A stretch of DNA of 64,000 bases from Oopsacas minuta (GCA_024704765.1 JAKMXF010000155.1:124001-188000), one strand, 5' to 3'; positions 51,208 to 64,000 are shown, numbered from the stretch's first letter. Translations and numbers: made by a program. Notes: generated by a model from the letters alone, not told the origin.

Positions 51208-54200
51208 TGTTTTGATAGAAATTGCTCCCCCTTACAGATACTGCCCCCTATTGCCAATGATAACTTGCCTTGCTATGTGAAGCCTATCAAGGTATTTTGA
51301 GGTTGTGTACCTTGTTGTCAATGATGTAACAAATGTAAAATACAAACAGATACTCTATACAAGTCATCACATCATAATATATTTGTTTTTACATTAAGGC
51401 TGGAGAATATCCATTTGATTATGACAAGATTGAGAAGAGAGAATCAAGCAGGAAAGCTTCCAGATTCCGCTATCTTGAAGGAGAACTATCTAAAGCTGTT
51501 AAAGATCAAGATTTGTTTCTAATACAGAAGATGAACTTGACGGTGAACTCAAAAAGGTACATGACCACTCTGGTCATCAACACGGTTGATGTACATGTAA
51601 AATTGCGAAATATCGCTATTTGAGGTCCAGCATGTTGAAAGACATTACTAAATATGTACAAGCTTGCATACGTTATATTAAGAATCAGTCAACCCCCAAA
51701 AGTCCAAGTAATCCTCTGCAACCTCTTCCTGGTATAACTAAAGTTTGGTTCCGCGTCTGTATGGATCTTAGTGGTTCTCTTATTGAGTCTAATGTGTATA
51801 TATATATATATATAGTCACAGTAATCGATCATTTTCCGCGCTGGGTAGAGACCCACCCCGTCCGGAATAAAGAAGCAAAAGAAGTCGCGAGGGGTGTATT
51901 CTCCATCTACTGCAGACAAGGGGCTCCAGTCCAATTTATTAGTGATAACGGGACTGAATTCACAAACAAATTACACAAGGAGTTGCACCAATTATATAAT
52001 TATAAACTAGTCTTTTCTTCCCCTTACCAACCACAAACGAATTGATTAATGGAATCATCTAACAAAGCTCTTAAAAGATCCCTCCTAAAAATTTGAAGGG
52101 AAAAAAGAAAAATGGCACGATTTTTTGGAAAAGTTAATTTCCCTGAATATAAGGCCACGAGAAACAACGAAATTCTCAGCTTTCGAACTGATGTACCGTT
52201 CTCGTAAGCCCCGACTCCCAATCTTAGCAGAGAATCTTGCAGCAATGTATCCTAATGCTGGAGAATTCATCCTGGGAAGATCCGCGATAAATGAAGACCT
52301 CGTTGAATTAACCAACGTCACACGAGAAGCCCAGATGAAAAATCAAGACATTGTTAGCAAAGCTCTTAAACACTCCAGAAGACAAATGAAGGAGTTATAT
52401 GACAAACGACTGACGCTAAAAGCTTTAAAGCTAAAGATATTTGAGGAATGAGACGAAGTACTCAACGAAAATGTCTATCAGAAGAGAAAAGGAGGGGATT
52501 TCGACGATAAGTGGCTTGGGTCCTATCCAGTGAACAAAGTAAATCCTACAACATCCTGACCTACAGGAAAAACTAATTATACATGTAAAAAAACAAAGCA
52601 AAACTATGGGAAACACTTCCACTCACTAACGAACTATTACGTTTAGATAGCGATCTTCCATACAGCCTATCTTTCTATTAAACAAAAATATTTATAATTC
52701 CCTATTCTAAAACAGATAGATTAATTGATTTCCAAAGAAGTAGATCAGAAGTTTTAGATGTAGTTAGTACATATAAAGACAGAATCATCATCTCTATCAA
52801 ATATTCAGATCCGATATCTCAGCTACACTTTAAACTCAATTACAGACTTCACCTTCCTTACGATGAACTACTGGAATGGAGAGCAGATAATTATCCCTCA
52901 ACAAACACCCGTGAAGATGAACTGTTAGATTTTGACGCTACACAAGAAATCTTTGAAATTTTCACAACTTCTATTTGGAGGCTTATGAGATAAAGATACT
53001 TTTTATCAATATACGTCTCTGGATTTTGCGTTCGCAACAAAATGGCAAACCAAAAGTATGCAATAAAGGTTTTACTGGCAGTTGTTAAAGAGCTTCTAGT
53101 AGCACATTTGAACTCGGAAATACCATCACAATCTCATCGCTGGTATTGGATATCTCCCCAACTTTCAAACATTCTGTTGAGGATATCTGTTTAACTTGGG
53201 GTTGGCCATTATAACGATATTGAATTGGTCAACACGTATCCAATAGATTATTTCATCACTATGATATGTTTACAGAAAGTGGAATTACTGGCAGTCCATA
53301 GTCTTAGTGGGGAACAACTAAATACCACTCTTCAATCTATGTACTCGATGATTGATGGAAGAAATTCGATAACCAGAGATTTTGGCTTGCTCCTATGCTA
53401 GGAGTATCCATTATCAACATAGAGTGTAATTTATTGGGCTATGAAAGTAAGGTCGGCGACTTCTTCAAAGCTAATGAGTTTTGTCAGGACTTTGCATTAT
53501 AGCTTTCCAATGCCAGGGTTGTTGCCATCAATCGGAGAAAAAGCTCATTTGTTTTCCATGTTGACATTATTTCAAATTGTCACACTACTCTTAACAATCA
53601 GATTGATGCAAGCTATACTTGTTTAAAGTGTAGAGACAAGAATGCCAACCTTGAGCATCTAAAGAGAGAATTGTCTAGGTTACCACCACACCTTACTACA
53701 TGTGTTGATCAAAGAAATGTTGAAGATGTTATTATAATACAAGACAAAAATGGTCAGCTAGAGTACACTCTCACTGCTTTTACTGTTCACAGTGGTGTAC
53801 ACTTTCATATAAAGAATAAGTATCGAGACGAGTGGTATATATAATTTGGCATGGGAAAGCCGAAGATGCAAAATTCGGAAAGATTAATTAACTAACTATT
53901 CTGTGGATAACGGACACGTTGGTGACATGGCTTCTATCCGTTGGAGAGAATTGTCCGCTTCTCGAAGACTGGCCCATCTTTTTATCAAAACACCAAATAT
54001 GTATCATTTTGAATGCAGTTTTACATGTATTAAAGTTGAATAGTTACAGGAGAAGTCACAAGTTATTTTATACTGTGATAAGAATGAATATAATATAAAG
54101 TGATGACTGATGAGCAACGTAAGCATATTGGCATTGCTTTATACTCTCTATATATATTATAATGAACGTGCAAATATGTCAGGAAGATAACTTTGTCTAC

Positions 54201-54896
54201 TGGTTGACACTTGCAGACTAGCTACAGTATCTATTATGGTCACAATGCCCATAGCTACTTCAAAACATCCTCGACTTTCACAATTTTTGAGAAGAGAAGT
54301 AAATACAGGATTTGCTGAGGTTACGGGAGAGAAAGAAAACAAAGGAGCAGGATACGGACTATAAATCGCATGTGTGTACCGCCTTTATGAACCCAAAGTT
54401 TACATTGACAAGATGAAAGAATTGTTTAAAGATTTGAAAGACATGGGACTTGTATAGCACTCATATTATTATGTAAATTTTGTGATATCTATGAAATTAT
54501 TGGTTGCAGTTTCTGGTTGTCCGTTCTTGAGAAATAATTTTGCATTAAGACAAGTCATTCATGGCCATTTCCCCATCCGTTGTTCCGAATTCGGGGTTGT
54601 CCGCTCCTCGGAGACTTCATAAGTGTTACATGCTTGGCAAATTCTATCCGCGCCACGAGGTTTGTCCGTTATAGGGAGTTGTCCGCGTTTCGAAGTGTCC
54701 GTTTTGGGAGACTCCACTGTATTCACAATGATGAATTAGGCAGTTTGCATGATACAAAAAAGCTCAATCATTATCACATAGCATGACAAGTCATCATTGA
54801 CGATGGGGGACATTATCTGTGGAGGAGGGGCATTATTTGCTATAAACCATGGTTATTTGACAGATTATGCCCGGGGGGGCAATTTCCGTCAAAACA
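51208..54896 (+). mobile_element. Ginger-type (Gypsy-integrase-related) DNA transposon with C-terminal cysteine-protease-like cargo, inactivated
   Basis: TIRs TGTTTTGATAGAAATTGC.CCCC / GGGGCAATTTCCGTCAAAACA. EYPFDYDK (YPYY-like), rve integrase CMDLSG..VIDHFPRWVE..ISDNGTEF..SPYQPQTN..ESSNK, GPY motif (WLGSYPV). No RT or gag seen. TSD imperfect (CTAC/GCAC). Confidence 0.75.
53907..54832 (+). repeat. Near-identical 926-bp copy of 35530-36455
   Basis: Colinear at constant offset 18377. The ORF track gives identical peptides for both copies; only two substitutions were noticed by eye. Confidence 0.95.
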
Positions 54897-55991
54897 GCAC
54901 TAAGTACAAACATATTGATAAGAAACAAAGATCGATGTACATATTATTTACGACCTCACTATCTTGGTTTAAAACAAGGAGAATGTAGTGGAGGGAGTAT
55001 AATTAGAAATCTGGAAATAAGAAATGTAGCCAGAGTAACAAGGGGTGATTAATAGTTCGGTCAGGGACTTAACCATGGACGAAAAGACCGTACCACCGGA
55101 CAGCCCGAAATAATACTCACCGGGCTGGAAATCGTAATTATACCCCTCATATCTTTCTGGTTATTTTCTCGGGTTGGCACTAATCAAATGTTCAAAATAG
55201 GAAATTTATTAAAATATCGGAAAGATAAGCCATGCTGTGGTAGGGCTTATGTTTTGAAATTTTAATCAAACTTTGTGCTTTAGAGTAGAAACCGGAAATC
55301 TTTAATAAGATTAGATAAATTTAATAAAAATTTTTGTACAAAAACTTGTCAAAATATCTCATTTCTACTGTATAGGTAGATAGGGCCCCAAAGATATTTG
55401 TCATAGTGCCTAGGTGCTCTTAATATGTTAATCCGTCACTGTAAATATGCACCATCAAAATATCAGCTTGAGCTACCCAATGTCTAAACTATAACTAATA
55501 ACATTCAATAACGATCCCACTCTATTTTTCACTCTAATTGTATTATATTGAATGGATGTAGCCAAGACTGAACTCTAACAGGGCAACATTATATGATTTT
55601 AATCATACATAAAAATTCCGGTTTCCTTTTACTCTACTAATAATTTCACTTTATCATAAATAAGTAACTGATGATTACCAAAGGAGAATCCTTGGGCCCC
55701 TATGTTTGTGGGAAAGTTAACAAGTTCTGTGTCCAGAATTTCCTTAGTCGTTTATTAGTCCCTGTCATTGTATAGTAAAGCTAAATTATCAAGTCTTGCT
55801 TGAGACATGGTAGTTCGAAAATAAGATTTTATTCTACGAAGTGAGGAAAACACTGCTTCACAAAGCAATGTAATTCCAAAAGTCATCACAATCGTGAGGT
55901 ATTATTGCATAATAGCAGGAAAACTTGATACTCGACTTAGTGTCTCAAGAACTTTCTGAAATTGCTTACCATTTACCGGGTTAATTGATAA

Positions 55992-58313
55992 CACAGGACA
56001 ACCAAAAATATTTTTGTTTCTATTGCCCAAGATTTTAGATTGATTTTAGACTATATTTGTTGTGCTGAGGTCGAAAATTACATCGGATTTGCTTGAATGG
56101 CTCTTGATTTTCGTCCAGATTTATGTTTATATTGTTAATTACCTTTTTCAAATGTGTATTCAATTTAATTAATACTTTTATAATTATATGTATCTAGCCT
56201 ATTCTAACTCTATGGTATCGTCAAGAAGAAAATGTTCTAATGACCCTAATAAGTTCTATTACATATGTGGTGAATATACATTGAAAGATCAGAAAAAAGG
56301 TATCCCTGACTTCGTGCGAAAGTCATACTTTACTTACTTTGAGGTGAAGCTTGGTGACCAGGATAGGCTATGGGCTCCGCATATTATTTGTAAAACATGT
56401 AATGAATATCTAAGGCTGTGGATTAATGGCAAGAGAGAGAGCTTTGAGTTTGGCATGCCTATGCTATCGAGAGAACAGAGGAATCATTATGATGATTGCT
56501 ATTTTGTATGGTCGATATGAAAGGATTTAATCGATATAAGAAAAGAATGTGGAGTTACACTGATTTGGACTCTGCTAGGCGTCCTGTGCTTCACAGTGAG
56601 GAGGTTCCTCTGCCAAAATTTAGTCCCGTACTAGTCCTCTCAATAGATTGTGATAGAATAGGTGAAGATTTGGAAAATAGCATGTCATTTCAGTTAAAGT
56701 GAACTCGAGGTTAGCTCCTCATTATCTGGTCAATTCAATCAGGAAGAACTCAATGATCTAATTAGGGACCCCAACCTGTCTAAAGACTGTTTAGAAATTT
56801 TGGCTTCCAGGCTCAACGAGAAGAATATTCTTAACCCTGGAACTAAGATAACATATTACCGTCATAGAGAAGAAGGGTTAATTCATTACTTTAGCCAACA
56901 AGATAGCCTCGTCTCTGCAATGACATTGGAGGATTTCTCCTGGAAATGGGAGTACCACAGTATAGACCAGAAGATGGGCGCCTATTCATTGATAGTTCCA
57001 AAAGAAGCTTGAAGTGCGTTTTATTGCATAATGGAAATAAATATGCAGCTATTCCAATTGGAGATTCAACAAAGCTTAAGGAGGAGTATGAAAATATTTA
57101 AATGGTATTGCAAAAATTGAAATATCATCATCACCAGTGGTTGATATGTGTTGATCTTAAGATGATAAAGTTTCTACTTGGCCAACAAGGTGGAACTAAT
57201 AAGTACTCTTGTTTTATATGTTTATGGGACAGCAGAGTCTGCAAAGAGCATTGGATAAATAAAGTGTGGCCTTTGAGAACTGATCTAACAGTTGGAGGAG
57301 CGAACATTCTGTATGAACCATTTGTTTCTAGAGAAAAAATCATTCTTCCTCCCCTCGACATCAAGTTGGGTTTAATGAAGCAGCTCGTAAAATCTCTAGA
57401 TAAGACGGCCCCTGTTTCAAGTACCTTTGCAGATCATTCCCAGTAATGAGCAATGAAAACTGAAAGCACGGATCTTGATGGGCCTCAGATCCGCAGTCTC
57501 ATAAGAAACATAGGTTTCGTCCAATCCATGACTAATTTAGAATCTTCAGCGAGGTGTGCTTATGTTTTGGTAGTCAATAACTTCTTGGGTAATAATAAAG
57601 CTAACAACTACATAGATTTGGTCAATGACATGCTTTGCAAATTTATAGATTTAGATGTTACATGAGCATCAAGATTCACTATCTATTTAGCCACTTGGAT
57701 CGTTTCTCTGAAAACCTTGGGGATTTAAATGAGGAACAGGGGGAAAGGTTTCATCAGGACATCAAGGTCATTGAAGAGAGATATCAAGGCAGGTGGGAAA
57801 CCCACATGATGGCAGATTACTGTTGAAGCCTCCAGCGAGATTGACTCTGACATCCCATAACAGAAAATCAAATAAGAGACGATTTTAGATGTTCTTCAAT
57901 AAACAAGTTCAGTATTCTTTTTAATATTATTACTTTTAACCGATTAGTTGTTTTGGCAATGATAAATGTATTCCATACAGAGTTGCTGTAATGATAAAAT
58001 TATACTTCCCAAATTTTCGGTTTTGCTGTTAATAATTACATTCAAAAACTACAAATTTCTATAATTAATATTTACACTTGGAAGCATACGGAGTTGAATA
58101 TCACCACTGAAACACCATGCCACTTTTAATGTGAAGAAATTTATGTGTAGTATATCTTCACTATTATTATACTTATCACGCCAAATTTAACATTAGGTAT
58201 CGCAAAAGCTAGAGCCAATTCGGATAAGCCGATTCCATTTTCAGATTCCTCGGGGTCAATATACATAGAAACGGATCTAACATCTTAGGCAACAAATTGT
58301 TTATTGATCAGTG
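55992..58313 (+). mobile_element. Chapaev3-type DNA transposon, full length (2322 bp), inactivated
   Basis: TAA|CACAGG ... TTGATCAGTG|TAA (3-bp TWA TSD, imperfect TIRs with GCC.AAGAT.TTAGAT). Fragments DPNKFYYICGEY, DCYF, LDSARRPV, ICVDLKM..LLGQQGG, ILPPLDIKLGLMKQ and EEQGERFHQDI. Confidence 0.85.
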
Positions 58314-58429
58314 TAATAATTACTCACGATCATTGGTTCATTCTTAATCTCTTCTAAATACTGGGGTGTTCAATTTATATCAGTCCCTATGCTAGAAAAA
58401 TCAACCTACACACTTTGAATTATATAATA

Positions 58430-58990
58430 ATGCAGTGTGCTCGAAATAATCCTCCTCACGTGAACACATCGCCTCAACCTTTCTATCCAATGTATAAATG
58501 TCTTTTTGAACTTTTCTTTGGTATCGATTTCAGGATCTTATGGAGCTCATCACCTAATTATAACAGTGTACCGATAACTCGGCAAGCCAAGTGTTTTTGA
58601 CACAGCTAAACAGTCAAAAAAGTCACATGTATACATTGTGTGTTCGAATATGCGGCGTCCATCTTGATGAAATCTTTCTAAATTCCATGTGGTTGATCGG
58701 AATGCCATCAACACTTCCAGTTGAAATATCAAGATGCATAGCTATTGCAGGGACTGCGGAGTGTGGATCATCTTCCAAGATATTTTTTACAAAATCGATG
58801 GTATGTGGGATGATGACGGCATTGGGCGTCCAGATTTAGCATCATCTTCAAGACCCTCCCTATCTTCACGAAATCGCTTCGCCCATTCTTTTACTCTAGA
58901 ATATGAAAGAACATCCTCTGTATACACTTTGAGCAACTTATTGTTGTGAAGACTTGAGAAGCTATTTCAATGAAAAGATAGAAAAATAAC
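58430..58990 (-). mobile_element. mariner transposase remnant (N-terminal HTH region)
   Basis: Minus strand reads NKLLKVYTEDVLSYSRVKEWAKRFREDREGLEDDAKSGRP...LDISTGSV...FRKISSRWTPH (WVPH motif). Confidence 0.75.
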
Positions 58991-60289
58991 TCCCCAAAGA
59001 AATTGCAATACATACAAACCATTATTCCAAATTACATGCTTTAAACAGTATTTTAAAGGACATTGTTGTGTTTTACTAGTCTTAACACAGCTAAGCACAT
59101 TCATTTTAGATATTATACACTAGCATAAGGCCTGAAAAATAGTTAGCAGCCTAAGTTAATGCTATAGTGGTTAAGAAATGAAGTAAGTAATTCAATGTTG
59201 TGGAATTAGCTTCTATTACATTATATCAATATCATTCTGCTCTCCAAAGTCTTCTGCCTCTTTTCATAACAATAGCCATTGGGATTCACATCTTATTTTA
59301 CCAATGTAGCAATAGTAGCATCGATTTCCATTGTAGCATATGATGGTACAGTGATTCTGTTTGAAGCAAGTCAGCAAATTTCAGAAAATGTGAAATAATT
59401 TTCTAAAAGCCATAGAAGATTCAATTGCTCTTCTCCTGTCATGGCCAACTATAATCTTGTCATGAGTTACCAGAATAGCTGTGAATGTCCCCCAAATAGC
59501 AGCTATTGATTCCTAACAGCAAGACCACTTTATAAAGGAGAGTTCTTTCAACGTTATTTCCCTCTTTTTACCAGAGGACTTTTGCATCTCAAGAAATACT
59601 TCATATGTTTGGGAAGAGTATCAAATGATCTTGATAGCTTGAAGGAGGGAGACGAAATCATTTGCAGCAGTAATACTTTTCACAACATCTACGAAGGATA
59701 AATTAACTCGATGTGCTCAACAGTATTCATACATTGCTTGCTTACATCTATCTCGAATCAAAACTTAAACTCCAGCATTCAACCACTAATGCCAGACGCA
59801 CCATCATAACACTGGCTACATAGATTGATAAGTCTATGTTGAATCTGAAATCCTTTAGAAGATGTACTTTCCAAGAGCAGCAGCATTCGTATATCCAGGA
59901 AAAAGTTCAACTGTCTTAGATCAATGTATGTAACGGAAAGCAATTGATAGTTGTTCATTTTTACTATGGCCTCTAATTTAATCCGAAAGTATTGTAGAAT
60001 ATTTCCTCTTAAAGTTCTGGAGCTAGTCTCTGTCAAAATTAATCCGCTAGAAATTGAATTAACTCCTTCTGAATTGTCAAGACATCCTTTTTGTAGGATC
60101 TTGCAAGTAATCTCTCAGTGCAGGCGAGTGACATGAAAGCAATTTCAATAACATTAAATATTTCCAGAGTTGTTAATGACATCATTATTATTATCATAAT
60201 CCTCATGACCTGGGTGAGGTATTCCATGTTGTGCATAGTAGAGAATGGCTTTCATAATTGAAGGAATATATTTCCTATTCTCTACTATG

Positions 60290-62100
60290 GGTACTATTAC
60301 ACGAATCTGCCTCTTTTTATTGGTAAGAGATATCAAATCACTGCTAATAGATTTGAATAGAGTATGTTCAGAGAAGAATATTAATCGAAAGAAATCCAAA
60401 ATCGGATGAAAACTGACAAAGTTGGAACATTTTGGCTACTAAGCCAAATCCTATGGAGAAAATTGTATTATCGAATAGACGCAAATAATACTAATAGAAT
60501 TGCTTGCATTAGACTATGTAATATAATTGGATATGCATATTGCATATTGAGGTTAACGAGTAAGAGATTTTGAGCTCAGCTTAACTATGACTGTAACAAT
60601 GTAACAAAAGGAATGCGAAACCACAGATGATGTACTTCTGTAGTTAGTTACATACAATATATACACATAAGAATTTATGATAATCTACACAGTAAACAAG
60701 GTATTACATGCATTATACTAATGTCTAATTGAGATACTAAACTACAGGATACTGTGACCTAATTTCTGAAATGATGTTCTTGAAACTGTTTGAACAATTT
60801 TTCTTCCTCCAGCAATGTGCTGCCAGATAAGTATCGAGGAGTTCCGGATTAGTTGTCATCAAATTTCTGCTTCTTTTTTTAAAAAGCCCCCAAGCCGATT
60901 CAATGGTTTGCGTATGCGCGCCTGTTGTTGGGTCCACAAAATTTTCGCTATGATTAACTGTATAATGAGGAAATGTTCCGGGTGTATTTGATTATAGGAA
61001 GCCCATTTGTCAGACATTATGATACTTCCTGGACGAATAAATTCGTTAACCAATGGAATAAGTGTAGAAGCCGATCTATCTGCAACTGGTATCATAAACA
61101 TGTCACTAGTTCCCCTACAAACTCCACCAAACACCCATTGGCCAGATAATAACCTACCACGACTGTGTTTATGATGACCAAATTTGCTTTCATCAATTTC
61201 CACAATTTCTCCTGGTCCTCCTATATGCTCGAGGTACGATAAATACCTTGTTACACAAATGTCACGCATATAGTTTTTCCAATCTGTAATCGTGGACTTC
61301 GACCATCCTAAATTTTCTTCAAAAGTTTCTGTGGTCTGATAATCCTTTGACCAGAGAAAGATAAACTCAATGAGCTCTATGAGTTTTTGGTTAGAGGACT
61401 CAAAGAAAGAACCTACCCTAAGTGACGCTACCTTTCTACATGCTTTCTCCATGCACCTCCAACCCAGCTCTTCAGCAGCATGGGAAAATTTCCCTATCTT
61501 CATTAATCTTCCGCATTTACATACTATTCCCCTTGCCAGAAGGCCATTTTCTTGCAACCATCTGATGACTGCATCCTGGTCAGTAACTATGCTTTGGTAA
61601 AATCTTTTCAACGGAACAACACCAATATCTGGAAAAATAATTGGCATTAACATCGGGGTAAATGTTAGTGAAGCAACAGCCATGGATTCGTGTTTGAATG
61701 AATTATAAAGTGATAAATGGGAAATACTATATTTATGTTTACGAATGCAAAACGTAATATGATAAAGTTAGCTTGCCACAGAAGTATATCTTCTCTGGCT
61801 TCGCATTCCTTTGTTACATTGTTACAGTCGTAGTTAAGCTGAGCTCAAATTCTCTTACTCGTTAACCTCAATATGCAATATGCACGTCCAATTATATTGC
61901 ATAGTCTAATACGTCTATTCGATAATACAATTTTCTCCATAAGATTGGGCTTAGTAGCCAAAATGCTCCAACTTTGTCAGTTTTCATCCGATTTTGGATT
62001 TCTTTCGATTAATATTCTTCTCTGATCATACTCTATTAATCTATTAGCAGTGATTTGATATCTCTTACCAATAAAAAGAGGTAGATCGTGTAATTGTACC
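60290..62100 (-). mobile_element. Merlin (IS1016/ISXO2-like) transposon, 1811 bp, with ~320-350-bp TIRs
   Basis: Ends GGTAC..TTACACG / CGTGTAATTGTACC; perfect 8-bp TSD CTACTATG (60282-60289, 62101-62108); long TIRs ~60290-60641 and ~61778-62100. Confidence 0.93.
60737..61683 (-). pseudogene. Merlin DDE transposase with one frameshift near 60.95 kb
   Basis: CKCG..WRC..C zinc finger, VEIDESKF (D), WVFGG, IMSDKWASY (D), then in a shifted frame VDPTTGAHTQTIESAW (E). Confidence 0.9.
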
Positions 62101-63333
62101 CTACTATGTTTAGCTGACCAATACTATCCAATTATATAGTAATAGTGTTTCCAGTTTCCGTTCCCTTCAGATATTGCCCAAATCAGCAAAGCATTCATAT
62201 GCTTTTTATATTTTGCTTGACTATTGAAAAGACTATCCCTACCGCAAGCGTGCTTTTAATCTCTGAAACCAACTTTTATAAATGCAAATTCAGCTGAAGT
62301 ATAAAAGGGTCGACAAGGAAAGCAAAAGGTTATTCAGTGTGCTATCTACCATTGACAATGATTATTCATACCTAATGTAGTAGGAAATAGAAAATTCGGT
62401 TGTATTAATTTTCATCTTTGCTTTTAGGTATGTATATCTTCTTCTAAAGTAGCTAATGAACTAAAGGATCGTTTCTAGGCATTGTGCAGGTGAATCTAGA
62501 TGTTTCGTACTTTGAGAGATTTGAACCACAAGTGGAAGTCGAAGTTGAGGTTGAAACATTATCGATTCCCCCTCTCATCTTTTCTCTACCATTATCCCAA
62601 AAGTCACTAATAGTACACTTTATTAGAGCTTACTAAAATAGCTATCCACAAAAATAGCATTTCAAACAAATGAGGTTCCCAAATTATTCAATGGCAATGA
62701 GTAAAATATCTACGTGTGATTAAATAAGATTTTCTGAAATTATACATAATTCATAAACATACAAACAGATTCAAATTAAGGTTAAATTTTGAACTAAATT
62801 ATTTGCCAGCGGACCAATGTTGCCCCTAGCCTCTCTACGCCCATGTATATGGGCTAGAAACCTGGCTGTCTCTCCCTGAAAAAGGCGGCAAATTATGTAA
62901 GCAGACATTTACTAGCAGGCTCGTAGACACCTTCCAAAAGTGGGGGCTTATTTCATAGCTCCCTAGTTTGAGTTGGTCCAAAGCGGATCACCCCACCCTT
63001 CCCCTCTGGTCAGATATTCAGTACTAACTTCATAATTCAATTTCTATATATCATGATATCAGTCTACGTAACTTTATCCTGATCAGTGACCATATTTCCT
63101 GAACCATAGATAACTTCAAGAGTCCAGGCTGCTAAATCACCAGAAATCTATATCTTCGAATTAGACTAGCATTTTGAGAGATCTAACCCCATCTAAACCT
63201 TGTGTGAATTTCAAAGCAATCGGATAAGATTTGACTGTGCCACGTGAGTTTGCATTTTGGTCCAATCCATGGTCTTCAAGGCCGCTTAAAATTCTCGAAA
63301 TTGCTCCAAGGACTGTGGCATCAACAAATGGAA

Positions 63334-63592
63334 AGATATCAATGTGTTCTAAACAGTTATATGTAGCTAAGATATGCTTACATGCTTTGCTTGAACTTGA
63401 TTTTTCAAATTGGCAGCAGCCAGCCCAGAATTCTGTCCATAATTTCAACAATACCTCAGAAATACTCCACCCCTGGTATTAGAGGTGTTAGAGGAAATTG
63501 TGGGCCGAATTCTCGGCTGGCTGCTGCAAAATCGGAAATAGCATGCAAAGATATCTTACCTACATATAACCGTTTAGAAGACATTGATATCT
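63334..63592. repeat. ~260-bp imperfect palindrome (fold-back MITE-like)
   Basis: Arm 63334-63457 (GATATCAATG..TTCTAAAC.GTTATATGTAG..GCAGCAGCCAGCC.AGAATTC) is inverted relative to 63482-63592, with a ~24-nt centre. Confidence 0.8.
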
Positions 63593-64000
63593 CTACCAGT
63601 GGTGTACCAAGGGGGAAGGGGGGATGCTCCGCCCCAGGTGCACTCAAAGGGTTGCCAACCTTGAATGAGAGAGATACATTATATTACATATTTTTGAGAT
63701 CCAAGACGATTTTACTGCGTTCCTATACATACCTGCTAGACTATGATACGTTTATCCAGCAAAATTTATTCATCGTACCGTGACATACGTAATATAAGGC
63801 CTGACTTGATTTGCATTGAATATGATATGTTGAGATTAATACCATTGTATTTGACAATATTCGTACCAAATGGTAGATAGAAAGTAATCATTTTACACTA
63901 CAACAAAATTGTATAAATATAGAAATAAGAAATGCTAGGGAAACAAAGAGACTACCAACAGCAAAATTACTAATTATTATGATTTGAATTTGGTGTATTT

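Larger units (their letters stand above)
59100..62560 (-). mobile_element. ZMYM1-like hAT remnant hosting the Merlin insertion
   Basis: TFCFPCRPF..FIKVGF trace at ~62.3 kb; IGQLNIV|ENRKYIPSIMKAILYYAQHGIPHPGHED continuous across the Merlin site; QCYDGAS; AHRVNLS.VDVVKS. Confidence 0.7.

Noticed and set aside
63161-63783. Overlapping ORFs near the window end
   Set aside because: They span a palindrome and a hAT MITE end; no protein motifs

Overview
AT-rich animal genomic DNA. No prokaryotic features, RNA genes or CRISPR arrays were recognised. Four host loci sit as intron-poor islands: a ZNF106-like coiled-coil/WD40/C2H2 gene split over two ORFs (2.9-5.2 kb, -), CNOT9/RCD1 with a long N-terminal extension (18.5-19.7 kb), a TM2-domain-like membrane protein (33.9-34.5 kb) and a PAT1-like mRNA decay factor (37.8-38.7 kb). 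The rest is mostly decayed and often nested transposons: hAT (Buster, Ac/Tol2-like, ZMYM1-like), Chapaev3 x2, Chapaev, Transib/RAG1-like, Kolobok, P/THAP, Ginger, mariner, Merlin, pogo- and hAT-type MITEs, plus weak Penelope and LINE remnants. The most notable item is a 2.94-kb Transib/RAG1-like transposon (44520-47459) inserted in a hAT. It has a 5-bp TSD (4/5 match), RSS-heptamer-like ends with asymmetric spacing (8 vs 17 nt before a shared GGTGGAA block), and a transposase whose RAG1-type nonamer-binding-domain motif GRPRKH is restored by removing one 13-nt insertion. Also notable are a Ginger element carrying a USP/C19-like deubiquitinase domain and a 926-bp near-identical duplication whose ends do not match the MITE it contains. 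All family assignments come from motif recognition by eye; no database searches were run. The species is unknown; a compact, intron-poor invertebrate is only a guess.
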